Source of the DNA: Candidatus Thorarchaeota archaeon
Lineage (GTDB): Archaea; Asgardarchaeota; Thorarchaeia; Thorarchaeales; Thorarchaeaceae
Assembly: GCA_046758445.1 (NCBI GenBank)
Contig: JBHIAE010000003.1
Location: forward strand, 1 to 64,000
Reading direction: 5' to 3'
Length of the DNA: 64,000 nucleotides
This document shows, in pieces, positions 20,101-27,732 of the stretch. Position numbers and translations under genes: made by a program. The notes beneath the pieces are model-generated. The model saw nothing but the letters and a program-made list of their open reading frames with translations. It was not told where the DNA came from and searched no databases. Each line of letters begins with the position of its first letter. The first letter of the stretch is position 1.

Positions 20101-20697
20101 GAGTTGCATGTCAACCTTCCCTAGGTTCGACTCACTCTCTGCCAGCTTCTTCAGGGCCCTTTCCTTCTGCTCATCATAGGCAGATATCCCAGCTATGTCT
20201 TCAATCAGCTTGCGGCGATCATTCGGACTGACCTTCACAATCTGTGCTATCTCTCCCTGAAGAACAAGATTGTAACCATTGGGGTCCACACCAATGGCTC
20301 CTAACACTTCCAGAACAGTGCCTCTTGTTACAACCTTCCCATTGATTCGACAGGTTGACTTACCTGTGTCGTCGAGCTCTCTCTCAATGACGACCCTGTC
20401 AGTGTCTACCTGCAACTTCCGGTCTTTGTTGTCAAAGTGAAGCTCGACATGTGCAGACTTGGCCTTGGGGGGCATATCGGGCTTCGGAGGCGAATACAGT
20501 AGGTCCGAAAAGACATTTGCTCGCAGGGTCTTTGCACTAAGCTGGCCTAGGACGAAGAGAACTGCGTCAACTACATTTGACTTGCCGGAACCGTTTGGTC
20601 CGACTATGCATGTGAAGCCGGGACTCAGCCTAACCGTAACATTGTCTCGGCCGAATGACTTGAAGCCCTTACAAACAAGCTTGTCAATGTGGACCAA
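17107..20697 (-). CDS. smc: Chromosome segregation ATPase SMC
   Basis: GFKSF, GPNGSGKSN, coiled coils, hinge, MSGGEK, LDEIDAALD. Confidence 0.97.
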   Translation of the reverse strand: MVHIDKLVCKGFKSFGRDNVTVRLSPGFTCIVGPNGSGKSNVVDAVLFVLGQLSAKTLRANVFSDLLYSPPKPDMPPKAKSAHVELHFDNKDRKLQVDTDRVVIERELDDTGKSTCRINGKVVTRGTVLEVLGAIGVDPNGYNLVLQGEIAQIVKVSPNDRRKLIEDIAGISAYDEQKERALKKLAESESNLGKVDMQLQERRRQLEKLEEERGDALRHQKLNDQIKSVRIDSLAWRTIKGKSRIETIHETLAERTEEAERLSRELVEVEEGTRNADAEIEGIDQEIDTITGGDSARVSEQYGIVSAAVDHARGDLERVRIEYEKSLADRESIEVEIQSIEGQVSGSGALTDEKIQELSRLDEEIVSCTNKMASLEDKIEKEQAETFEMTQRLQDLNNQMRALDEGVSEVRSAIKTDGKELGMLYEELRDSSELLEKTDDELSELRRIIPVKRERLQKSEEKEEGSQNEVERIEDRLKTVDAEVAETAKIVKDTREEFIRVQARQDALRDAEEAFLKRRRAIARVLELRDSGTIGGIFGTVAELGKIDPEYATAMEVAGGNRLSHIVVEEDEVATKCVNVLKIEKVGRASFIPLNRISTKRAKKVPEGKGIIGLAIDLVEFDSKMRPAFEFVFSDTVVTEDFETAKTIGFKGWRSVSLEGDLVERSGLITGGHYYKGMTGLSLQVEDTSPEIERKLQGLEEILAGLVAQQEELRTKKNKIDLELQGLSRSNYRARLELEGLEERLEEKENRTGLLKEKINKAQLTTGELESQIESLRERDDELTAHRETVRSQRDDANETLAKSDTAKLSQYLKDLKEVLEHHKKEREALTSEITSLKVAMDERLKPKLVELEQRLQTINTVLPGLEDEVKLLQEQLTGKEEDFVKLKEERERIEEAVKDKRVYQLELKEKLRNLRLRHEEIREEQTANEKAVYRLQTEFSRLETDIVGLTAELGQLADSSEELAKRTQERELTYKEIDAFDDKIKEFERELEALGPVNLKALTDYDLEKERYEEIVDKKTALEEEHKEILAFMEEIEAEKTRKFLQVYNDIADNFAKVFAKLSPGGEATLMLESPEHPLMGGITVRSKPQGKELVTLDAMSGGEKTLTGLALIFAVQMYSPASFYVLDEIDAALDDVNAHNVANLISEMSMSSQFIVVSLRDTTVRKADLLIGVSNQDGISRIVSVDLEEVASTA

Positions 20698-20894
20698 GAT
20701 GCTCCCTTCCCGGCATTAGATGACTCTTACATATGAGGCGTGTCACTTGTACTTTCAAGACGATACGGAGGCCTAAATACGCTTGGTACTACCTGCGTGA
20801 CACCCAGAGCATATTCAGGTATGCCTCTCTGTGCCTCCGAGTAACTAAATCTAGCCAAAAAAAGGTAGCTCTGTGTAAGAATAGGGTCAGAAGC

Positions 20895-21260
20895 CTAAGT
20901 CAACATCCCCAACAAGGCGCGCTTAAGGGCCATCCTCACTAATCCCATGGATTCACGCGCACCTTCTCCTGCAATGCCTGCCAATACAAGTTTCACGTCC
21001 CCTAGAATTGCGATATAGCCATTGTCAGTGGCGATTGTGACTTCTTTCAGCCCTCCTTTGTCAAGTCCACTGGCAAGCTGAGACGAGTTAGCAGCAATCT
21101 TGACGGAGAGATTCGCGATATCAGAGTGTTTGATCCCCCCTGAAATGGTATGCCCGAAAATCACTTTGCCCTTTGCATCACAGACGACGATGCCTTGTAG
21201 ATCCTCGTTGGAAGCCATTGTGTCGGCCACAACTTTCTCAATCTTCTTCTGATCAACCAC
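20895..21260 (-). CDS. Roadblock/LC7 domain protein
   Basis: GIVVCD.KG.V, L.KG.L.EVTI.T.NG pattern, C-terminal MGLVR helix. Confidence 0.8.
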   Translation of the reverse strand: MVDQKKIEKVVADTMASNEDLQGIVVCDAKGKVIFGHTISGGIKHSDIANLSVKIAANSSQLASGLDKGGLKEVTIATDNGYIAILGDVKLVLAGIAGEGARESMGLVRMALKRALLGMLT

Positions 21261-21434
21261 TTTGACATATCCTCCAAAGATGCCGATGCACGTCTTCTTC
21301 TGTCTGGTACTTGATGTGTTTATATCTTATGTGTTGGTGGGTCTTCCGGACACATCGCTTAAGAGCACTTTTCGTAGCTTAGTTTTTAACCTCAAATGTG
21401 AACCTAGCGCCAAGACTTTTGGAGTCGATTATGA

Positions 21435-23066
21435 ATGCCTATGCTGAGAACTAGTTCGGAGGCTTTTCCAGCCTCCAAGGAGGTCATGAAGGACCTCCCA
21501 TACGTCTTGCGTGTCGAGTTTGGCGACTTGGCGCGGGACGTCACCAAGATCGTCGGCAAGCCGATAGCTTGTCACAAATGCAATGGCTTTCTTCTCAGTA
21601 CAGATCAAATTGTGGAAGACGAGAAGGTTGGAAAGCACTTCGTCTGTCCATTCTGTAGTACTTTGAATGTGATTGAAGGAGAGATTGTTGTCGCTGGTGA
21701 CGATACTGACTTCGTACTGAAGCTGCCGCCTGAAGAAACAGAAGCCGACACTGAAGCCATCTCAACAGGTGGCCGGTCGTTTCTGGCACTGATCGATGTT
21801 TCTGGGTCAATGGCCGGTGAAAACCTGGCTGCTGTCAAACGCAGCCTTAGTACTTCTATTGACAGTCTTGCTGCAAACTCCCCAGACACTATGTTCGGCC
21901 TGATTGAGTTTGAGAGCTCAGTTGTCTGCAGGAACTTAGAAACCGGTGAACCAATCGAGCTTCCTAGAGAGTCGTTTGCAAGTCTAGAAGCAATAAAGGA
22001 CTCCACAAAGCGTATCTTGGACAAGATCAAGATGGTCAATGTTGGCGAGAAGGCAAGGGACCTGAAACAACACGTGACCGCCCTGAGAGACCAAGGTGGT
22101 ACGGCGTTGGGTCCTGCGGTCGCCATGGCCTATGTGATATCAAAACATCGCGATGTCGGGCGTGTGGTCCTTCTCACTGACGGACTTGCTAATGAGGGCA
22201 TTGGTGCCCTTGAAGGGTTCCAGGTGACTCCTGCAGGCAAGTTCTACGAGGGCCTTGGAGATGACTTCAGGAAGCTCGGTACCGCCTTGGACGTGGTTGG
22301 GATAGCATCCGGCGCAGGAATGGAGCTCAAGACTCTAGGCCTATTGCCCGAGGCCACAGGCGGCACAATGTACTACGTGACACCCAATGAGCTAGACAGA
22401 AGCCTGTCAGAGCTTGCAGGAGCCTCACTTCTCGGTCGAAACGTCGAAGTCAAGCTGATAACGCCTGCTGGGGTCAAGGTGAAAGACGCCTCCGGAGCCT
22501 CCAGAGCTGTGCTTGAGGAGCTTACGAAGAAGAGTGAGGGCAAGATTGGTGTTGTAGGTGGGGACCACGAGCTCTACTTTGAGATCGAGCCCAAGAAGAG
22601 AATCAAGGAAGAGGAAGTGCCGATACAGGTCCAAGTGGCCTACACTGATGAAGACGGCGCCAGAAGAGTCCGTGCTGTCACAACGAAGCTTCGTGTGGCA
22701 AATAAGGAGGACGAGATCATGAAGACTCTGGACCCGACCGTTGGCGCGACCTTTGTGACACAGAAGGCAGGTGAGGATGCAGTCAGAGGTGACAGAACAA
22801 AGGGCAAGAAACGCCTTGAGTCCTTCAGGTCCGCAATGAAAGCACGTTCAAAGGCTGCACCAAAGGCTGTCCAATCTATGCTTGAGAAGGCCGATCGCGC
22901 TCTTGAGAGGGAGGAAGAGGAACTGGAGGTTCAAGAGGCACGAATGGAGGCCGCTCCTGCCGCTGGTCGAGCTCCCTCGGCCGCAGCTGACATGTCTGCA
23001 GTGGAGAATCTTGCTCAGATGAAGAGAAGCTCGAAGAAGATGTTCGATGACGAGGATGAAGAATAG
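21435..23066 (+). CDS. Sec23/Sec24-like zinc finger plus vWA domain protein
   Basis: CHKC...F.CPFC...N zinc finger, MIDAS DVSGS, GGTALG, LTDGLAN, beta-sandwich and helical C-terminus. Confidence 0.75.
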   Translation: MPMLRTSSEAFPASKEVMKDLPYVLRVEFGDLARDVTKIVGKPIACHKCNGFLLSTDQIVEDEKVGKHFVCPFCSTLNVIEGEIVVAGDDTDFVLKLPPEETEADTEAISTGGRSFLALIDVSGSMAGENLAAVKRSLSTSIDSLAANSPDTMFGLIEFESSVVCRNLETGEPIELPRESFASLEAIKDSTKRILDKIKMVNVGEKARDLKQHVTALRDQGGTALGPAVAMAYVISKHRDVGRVVLLTDGLANEGIGALEGFQVTPAGKFYEGLGDDFRKLGTALDVVGIASGAGMELKTLGLLPEATGGTMYYVTPNELDRSLSELAGASLLGRNVEVKLITPAGVKVKDASGASRAVLEELTKKSEGKIGVVGGDHELYFEIEPKKRIKEEEVPIQVQVAYTDEDGARRVRAVTTKLRVANKEDEIMKTLDPTVGATFVTQKAGEDAVRGDRTKGKKRLESFRSAMKARSKAAPKAVQSMLEKADRALEREEEELEVQEARMEAAPAAGRAPSAAADMSAVENLAQMKRSSKKMFDDEDEE

Positions 23067-23075
23067 CCAAAGCAC

Positions 23076-23118
23076 GAGTGATGTCGGCCAAGAGCCGCGT
23101 CACTCAACTTCCTTTTTG
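23076..23118 (+). terminator. Hairpin plus T-tract after the vWA gene
   Basis: GAGTGATG/CGTCACTC and CGGC/GCCG stems followed by CCTTTTT. Confidence 0.45.
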
Positions 23119-23259
23119 ACGTCAATTGTTCAACTCAAATGCGCAAAAGAATGCGCAAACGAGCTATTTTGTGCCTAGAACATCTCCATAAGTCTAAAAT
23201 ACCCAACTGCGGCGTTAGGATTTGTCAAATGCACTTTTGACAGCAGCGGAGACTCTACC

Positions 23260-23550
23260 TTGATTAGCCAAGAGAAACTCAAGGGCATCATCGACCGTCT
23301 CAAGACACAGGACGGTGTCCGTGGGGTCGTCGTTACCACCATGGAGGGCCTGCCCCTGAGTAGCGACCTAGACCCGGAAACCACCGAGAATGTCGCTGCA
23401 ATCATAACCTCTCTCGTGGGAAAAGCACTGGACACGGTGCGTCTACTACGTGAGGGGGCGTTGTCGTTCCTTACACTGGACACAACACAAGGTCAAATAA
23501 ACATCGCACCCGATGAAAAAGAGGGCCTGATATTAGTGGTCCTCAAGTAG
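23260..23550 (+). CDS. Roadblock/LC7 domain protein
   Basis: GVRGVVV.T.EGLPLSS, ENVAA, short 96-aa form. Confidence 0.9.
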   Translation: MISQEKLKGIIDRLKTQDGVRGVVVTTMEGLPLSSDLDPETTENVAAIITSLVGKALDTVRLLREGALSFLTLDTTQGQINIAPDEKEGLILVVLK

Positions 23551-23575
23551 AAGTAGTGTGAATGGGGTTGTAACC

Positions 23576-24046
23576 ATGAGCGATCCGAAAGCGTTCGACA
23601 GAATCCTCACGGAGATCATAAGGCAGGACAAGGGAATCAAGAAGGTAATCCTAGTAGACAAGACTGGTCTGACAATTGCCAACGTGAGCAAGCTGTCGTA
23701 TTATCCAGTTGATGTTGACAGCATAGGTGCGATTGCAAGTGCCGTGTTCTGTGCTAGCGAGGAGCAGGGCAAGAACCTCCAGATTGGTGAGCTGGAGATT
23801 GTGACCTCAGAGTTCTCAGAGGGCAAGATCTTTGCTTCGGCTTGTGGAAAGGGTGTACTCTGTGTCGTGTCTGAGGCTGAGGTCAATATCGGACTGATAC
23901 GCCTCGTCATGAAGAAGCAGGGTGTGCAGCTGGCCAATGAGCTAGACAAGTTCCTGGCAGTGGAACCCCTCACTCCGTCCGACAAGGACAAGGAGATTGA
24001 TGAGGAAGATCTGAAGTCAGCTCTGGCAGAGCTCGAGAGAGTCTAG
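23576..24046 (+). CDS. Roadblock/LC7 (MglB-like) protein with acidic C-terminal helix
   Basis: VILVDKTGLTIA, IGAIAS, V.IGLIR, C-terminal EEDLKSALAELERV. ATG at 23576. Confidence 0.88.
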   Translation: MSDPKAFDRILTEIIRQDKGIKKVILVDKTGLTIANVSKLSYYPVDVDSIGAIASAVFCASEEQGKNLQIGELEIVTSEFSEGKIFASACGKGVLCVVSEAEVNIGLIRLVMKKQGVQLANELDKFLAVEPLTPSDKDKEIDEEDLKSALAELERV

Positions 24047-24190
24047 TTCCAACGCAGACTCCCTCAAACAGCCCCGATTGTGCCACAAAGGCTTTTATGA
24101 GACCACACTTCTAAGTCATCAGCCCCCTGAGCAGGGCTTCTGTCTAGGGACCTGAGGAGCAAGAGCAGTGACGCAGCGAGGTGAACCGCG

Positions 24191-24754
24191 ATTCGGAAAG
24201 ACGACAAAGGGCGCATCCATCTGAAGCTAGTCTTCTACGGGCCATCTCTCGGAGGCAAGACGACAGCTCTCCGATGGCTCTATGGGAAGGTTGAGGGGCT
24301 TCAGAAGGGAGAGTTCACTGCTATCGAAGATGAAACGAACCGTACTCTGTTCTTTGACTATGTCCCCATGAGTGCGGGAGGTCGGGTGCTCTTTGACGTC
24401 TTCACCGTGGCCGGCCAAAAGCGCCACAGGCACCAGAGGAAGGTCGTGCTTCAGGGTACTGATGGAATACTATTTGTTGCGGACTCGTCACCCGATCAGA
24501 GGGATGAGAACACAGAGAGCTTCGAGGAGCTAAAGCTCTTTCTGGGCGATGGACTGGGACGAGAGATTCCAATAGTTGTCATGTTGAACAAGCGGGACTT
24601 GCCGAACAGGATGTCACGAGATGAGATGCTCGACCTGTTAGGTCTTGGAGGCAGTGTACCAATCTACGAGACCATTGCAGTTCAGGGCGTAGGAGTTAAG
24701 AGAGCGTTTCAAGCCATAGCCCGGGAAGTAATTCTGAAGAGAATGTACAAATGA
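24191..24754 (+). CDS. MglA-type small GTPase (probable ATT start)
   Basis: The reading frame extends upstream of ORF 24368: KLVFYGPSLGGKTT (G1), RTLFFD (G2), TVAGQ (G3), NKRD (G4). In-frame TGA at 24182; SD-like GAGGTGA before ATT 24191. Confidence 0.88.
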   Translation: MRKDDKGRIHLKLVFYGPSLGGKTTALRWLYGKVEGLQKGEFTAIEDETNRTLFFDYVPMSAGGRVLFDVFTVAGQKRHRHQRKVVLQGTDGILFVADSSPDQRDENTESFEELKLFLGDGLGREIPIVVMLNKRDLPNRMSRDEMLDLLGLGGSVPIYETIAVQGVGVKRAFQAIAREVILKRMYK

Positions 24755-24773
24755 TATCTACCAGGTGAAGCCA

Positions 24774-25145
24774 ATGGGAGAGACCCGCGGAGACACATTG
24801 GAAGGCGTTCTTAACGAACTACAAGGGAGCATTCCCGAGGTTGAGGCTTGTGCAATAGTGAGTGTCGAGGGGCTTCCAATTGTTTCAGCCTTGCCGACTG
24901 ATGTGGATGAAGCAAAGGTCGCTGCCATGACTGCTGCAATGCTTACTATTGGGGAGAAAGCAGCAATAGAGCTCGGAAAAGGAAACCTAGAGCAGGTCAA
25001 TATCAAGGGTGTGGATGGCTGGCTACTGGTCATCCAAGCTGGGTTGAACGCATGTCTCACTGTTTCTACTACCGCTACTGCCAAGCTTGGAATGGTCTTT
25101 CTCGAGATGAAGAGGGCTGCCGAGAAGGTTTCTCAGATGATATAG
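24774..25145 (+). CDS. Roadblock/LC7 domain protein
   Basis: AIVSVEGLPIVS, VAAMTAAML.IGE.A..ELGKG.L.QV.IKG. SD AGGTGA then ATG 24774. Confidence 0.92.
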   Translation: MGETRGDTLEGVLNELQGSIPEVEACAIVSVEGLPIVSALPTDVDEAKVAAMTAAMLTIGEKAAIELGKGNLEQVNIKGVDGWLLVIQAGLNACLTVSTTATAKLGMVFLEMKRAAEKVSQMI

Positions 25146-25225
25146 TCGTAGTGCGTGACTTGTCTTAGCATCAAGGCTATTAAGGGACACAAGTTGCTCT
25201 AGAAAGAAACAGGAAGTGCAACTGA

Positions 25226-25993
25226 GTGAACCTTGCAGGCCCCGTCTACAGACTATACGAATATGTCTTACACAGGCAGCTGCACAAAGACAAGGCTCCT
25301 CGCCACGTTGGAATAATCCTTGACGGGAATCGCCGCTATGCGAGGCAGCACGGCCTTGAAGTTCCCTGGTTTGGACACCAAAAGGGTGCACAGAAGGTAA
25401 TGGAAGTGCTAAGGATCCTGTGGGAGGCTGGAGTGAAGGTCTGTACACTCTACGCATTCTCCGTTGAGAACTTCCAGAGAAACCCTGACGAAGTAAATGA
25501 GATCATGGCCATTGCAAGGGAGAAGTTCAGCGAGGTCGTTGGGAACCCTGACGTCCACAAACACAAGGTCCGCATAAAGGCAATTGGCCGAGTCGATCTT
25601 CTTCCAGAGGATGTTCAACAGGCCATCGGCCAGGCTGAGGCCGAAACTGAGAACTACAGCGAGCATATTCTGAATGTGGCCATAGGATACTCTGGAAGAG
25701 CAGAACTTGTAGATGCGGTACAGGCAATCGGTGAGAAGATTCGAGAAGGCACGCTTGACCCATCAATGATCGATGAGGAAATAATCGAGCGTCACCTGTA
25801 CACGAATGGTGTGCCTGACCCTGACTTGATAATTAGGACATCCGGCGAGGAACGCCTCTCCGGCTTCCTTCTCTGGCAGTCAGCATATTCTGAGCTCTAC
25901 TTTGCACAGATATACTGGCCTGCAGTAAGAAGGATTGATATCTGGCGGGCACTACGGTCCTATGCTCGGCGATCACGTCGATTTGGCGAGTGA
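25226..25993 (+). CDS. uppS: cis-prenyltransferase (polyprenyl diphosphate synthase)
   Basis: HVGIILDGNRRYA, YAFSVENF.R, YSGR.E, DLIIRTSGEERLSGFLLWQ. Confidence 0.96.
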   Translation: MNLAGPVYRLYEYVLHRQLHKDKAPRHVGIILDGNRRYARQHGLEVPWFGHQKGAQKVMEVLRILWEAGVKVCTLYAFSVENFQRNPDEVNEIMAIAREKFSEVVGNPDVHKHKVRIKAIGRVDLLPEDVQQAIGQAEAETENYSEHILNVAIGYSGRAELVDAVQAIGEKIREGTLDPSMIDEEIIERHLYTNGVPDPDLIIRTSGEERLSGFLLWQSAYSELYFAQIYWPAVRRIDIWRALRSYARRSRRFGE

Positions 25994-26002
25994 CACAGTC
26001 TT

Positions 26003-26143
26003 TTATCTGACCTGCACCCCGGACTGGGAGTAGACGATCTTGCACAGGATACTTCTGTGTTCCATCTTTCCCCTGATTGGTGTCACCACCGTCTTACAGA
26101 ACTGTTCTTCTGTGAGGGCATCAGAATCTTTGTTTGACATCAT
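26003..26143 (-). CDS. Candidate 46-aa small protein
   Basis: MMSNKDSDALTEEQFCKTVVTPIRGKMEHRSILCKIVYSQSGVQVR, preceded by AGGAG; below the ORF-track cutoff. Confidence 0.4.
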   Translation of the reverse strand: MMSNKDSDALTEEQFCKTVVTPIRGKMEHRSILCKIVYSQSGVQVR

Positions 26144-26164
26144 CGAGATGAAATCTCTCCTACA

Positions 26165-26428
26165 GACCTGACTTCCTTCTCCTGTCTTGGTGCCGGTGCA
26201 TCACTCCCGGCGACAGAGAGTCTTTCCACAGTTCTTGCCACGGCGGGGTCATAATCACCCGCTCCCATTTCATCACCGAAGACGAGAACGTCCATTCGGA
26301 CACGGTGAACAGCCGCGGACTCCTGAAGACTTGATGCGAGGTTCCCCGTGAGGAGTGAGAAAGTCCCTTGGGAGTATCTCCCTCCGGTTTTCGGCAGTGA
26401 GCAATCGCCACATGATGAAACGAGAGCG
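26165..26428 (-). ncRNA. Candidate large structured RNA or leader
   Basis: 16-bp stem 26413-26428 with 26260-26275 whose two mismatches are G-U pairs only on the minus strand, multiple inner hairpins, TATA-like element at about 26447-26453. Confidence 0.55.
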
Positions 26429-26519
26429 CACTTACCTAGTTCTCTCATATATTAGAGTGGTCTTGTCACCCTTTATATTCCCGTTACTCGTTCTTGAGTC
26501 TGTTCAGGAGATCATAGCA

Positions 26520-27716
26520 TTGGCCAGGAAGCCAATTGATGTCTATCGTGGTCTTATTCGCACACGCGTTAACGAAGAGATTGCCCTGCATATCGATACA
26601 GTCGTTGAAAGATACTCTGACCACATGTTTGCTGACATGAAGCTGTCTCATCATCTAAAGAGATTCGTTGGAATATGGGCAAGGCTGGTAGCCTATCTGA
26701 ACCAAAGAGAAACCGTGGATGTTCCTGATCTCACAGCTGCGATTGATCTACTGGACTACTTCACATCGACCTCGAAATGGTGGACATTGTCAAGGGATGA
26801 TCCCGGCATAGTCCTTAGACCCCCTTCCCGAGACCCGAGAGAGTTCATCAAATCCTTACCACTGGTCAGCTTTTCTAGTAAGGCCTTGGGAAGAGCATCC
26901 AGTGCAGCAGAGAAACTCTCACATTTCCTTGAGGAGCATAAGATTGGAGGGGCAGACACACGAGCAGATCTACGCGAACATTTCATCTCGACTTGGCATC
27001 TCATTGGAGCATCTGTGTGCAAGAGTCAGGGACGCAACACGACTGAGGAGGGTGACTTTGAAACTGCCTATGACTTGGTTCGAGTGCTGCTGTTCTACAC
27101 GCCTGCGGATGACTTCATGGCGCTGACGGCTGTACGCCAGGTTGCCACGAATCCAATCCTGTCAAGACTTGCTGAGATTGATTTTGGACCAGGGTTCGAT
27201 AGAAAACTCGATTCTTCATTGGCTGCCAGGTTGGAGAGATCCCATGGCGAGTATCTCACAAAGATTGCAAGGTTGACGACCGCCGAGTCTAGAAGCATCC
27301 TAACGAACTCTCTTCGAGTGTTGGCCCAGCTACAAGCGCTCAAATTGGGAATAAGTCGAATCAAGATAGAAGACTACGAACCTGTGACTATGGGGGCGAT
27401 GGAGCTCTTGGATAGAATAGATGTTCCCTCCGCCCTACTTCACGAACAATCCAAGGTAACAGAGCTCTTCAAGAGTCTTCAACCAGAAGAAGGCGTTGAA
27501 GAGAAGATGGCCCTATTGAAGAGGAGAGTTGAAGGACTACTAGTCGATTCCACTGGCAATAGGGACTTTCTGCTTCAGTTCACTAAGCTCGTGCCGAGAA
27601 TCACTGCCCTGCTGCTACTACTTGCGGGCGGCACCAAGGCCAAACCTGGAGAGAAGCTAAAGGATTGTGATGTCAAGAGAGGCCTTATTCTGCTAAACAG
27701 ACTCCTCAATGAGTAG
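26520..27716 (+). CDS. Hypothetical helical protein with four repeats resembling a histone-fold or AAA+ lid C-terminus
   Basis: Start revised to TTG 26520 (TTTATA at 26472, CAGGAG SD); repeated R/K..V...D...A..L motif. Confidence 0.7.
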   Translation: MARKPIDVYRGLIRTRVNEEIALHIDTVVERYSDHMFADMKLSHHLKRFVGIWARLVAYLNQRETVDVPDLTAAIDLLDYFTSTSKWWTLSRDDPGIVLRPPSRDPREFIKSLPLVSFSSKALGRASSAAEKLSHFLEEHKIGGADTRADLREHFISTWHLIGASVCKSQGRNTTEEGDFETAYDLVRVLLFYTPADDFMALTAVRQVATNPILSRLAEIDFGPGFDRKLDSSLAARLERSHGEYLTKIARLTTAESRSILTNSLRVLAQLQALKLGISRIKIEDYEPVTMGAMELLDRIDVPSALLHEQSKVTELFKSLQPEEGVEEKMALLKRRVEGLLVDSTGNRDFLLQFTKLVPRITALLLLLAGGTKAKPGEKLKDCDVKRGLILLNRLLNE

Positions 27717-27732
27717 ATTCCTTGTTCTTTTC

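Noticed and set aside
26040-26357. Selenocysteine readthrough of two in-frame TGAs extending ORF 26355
   Set aside because: The translation is not protein-like and has no redox motif; a better start with TATA and SD exists at 26520
26160-26440. Cobalamin riboswitch or RNase P RNA identity
   Set aside because: AATGGGA, AACTGT and AAGTCAGG occur in order on the minus strand, but the AGACCU P1 strand is missing. GAAAGTCC on the + strand has no downstream P4 partner
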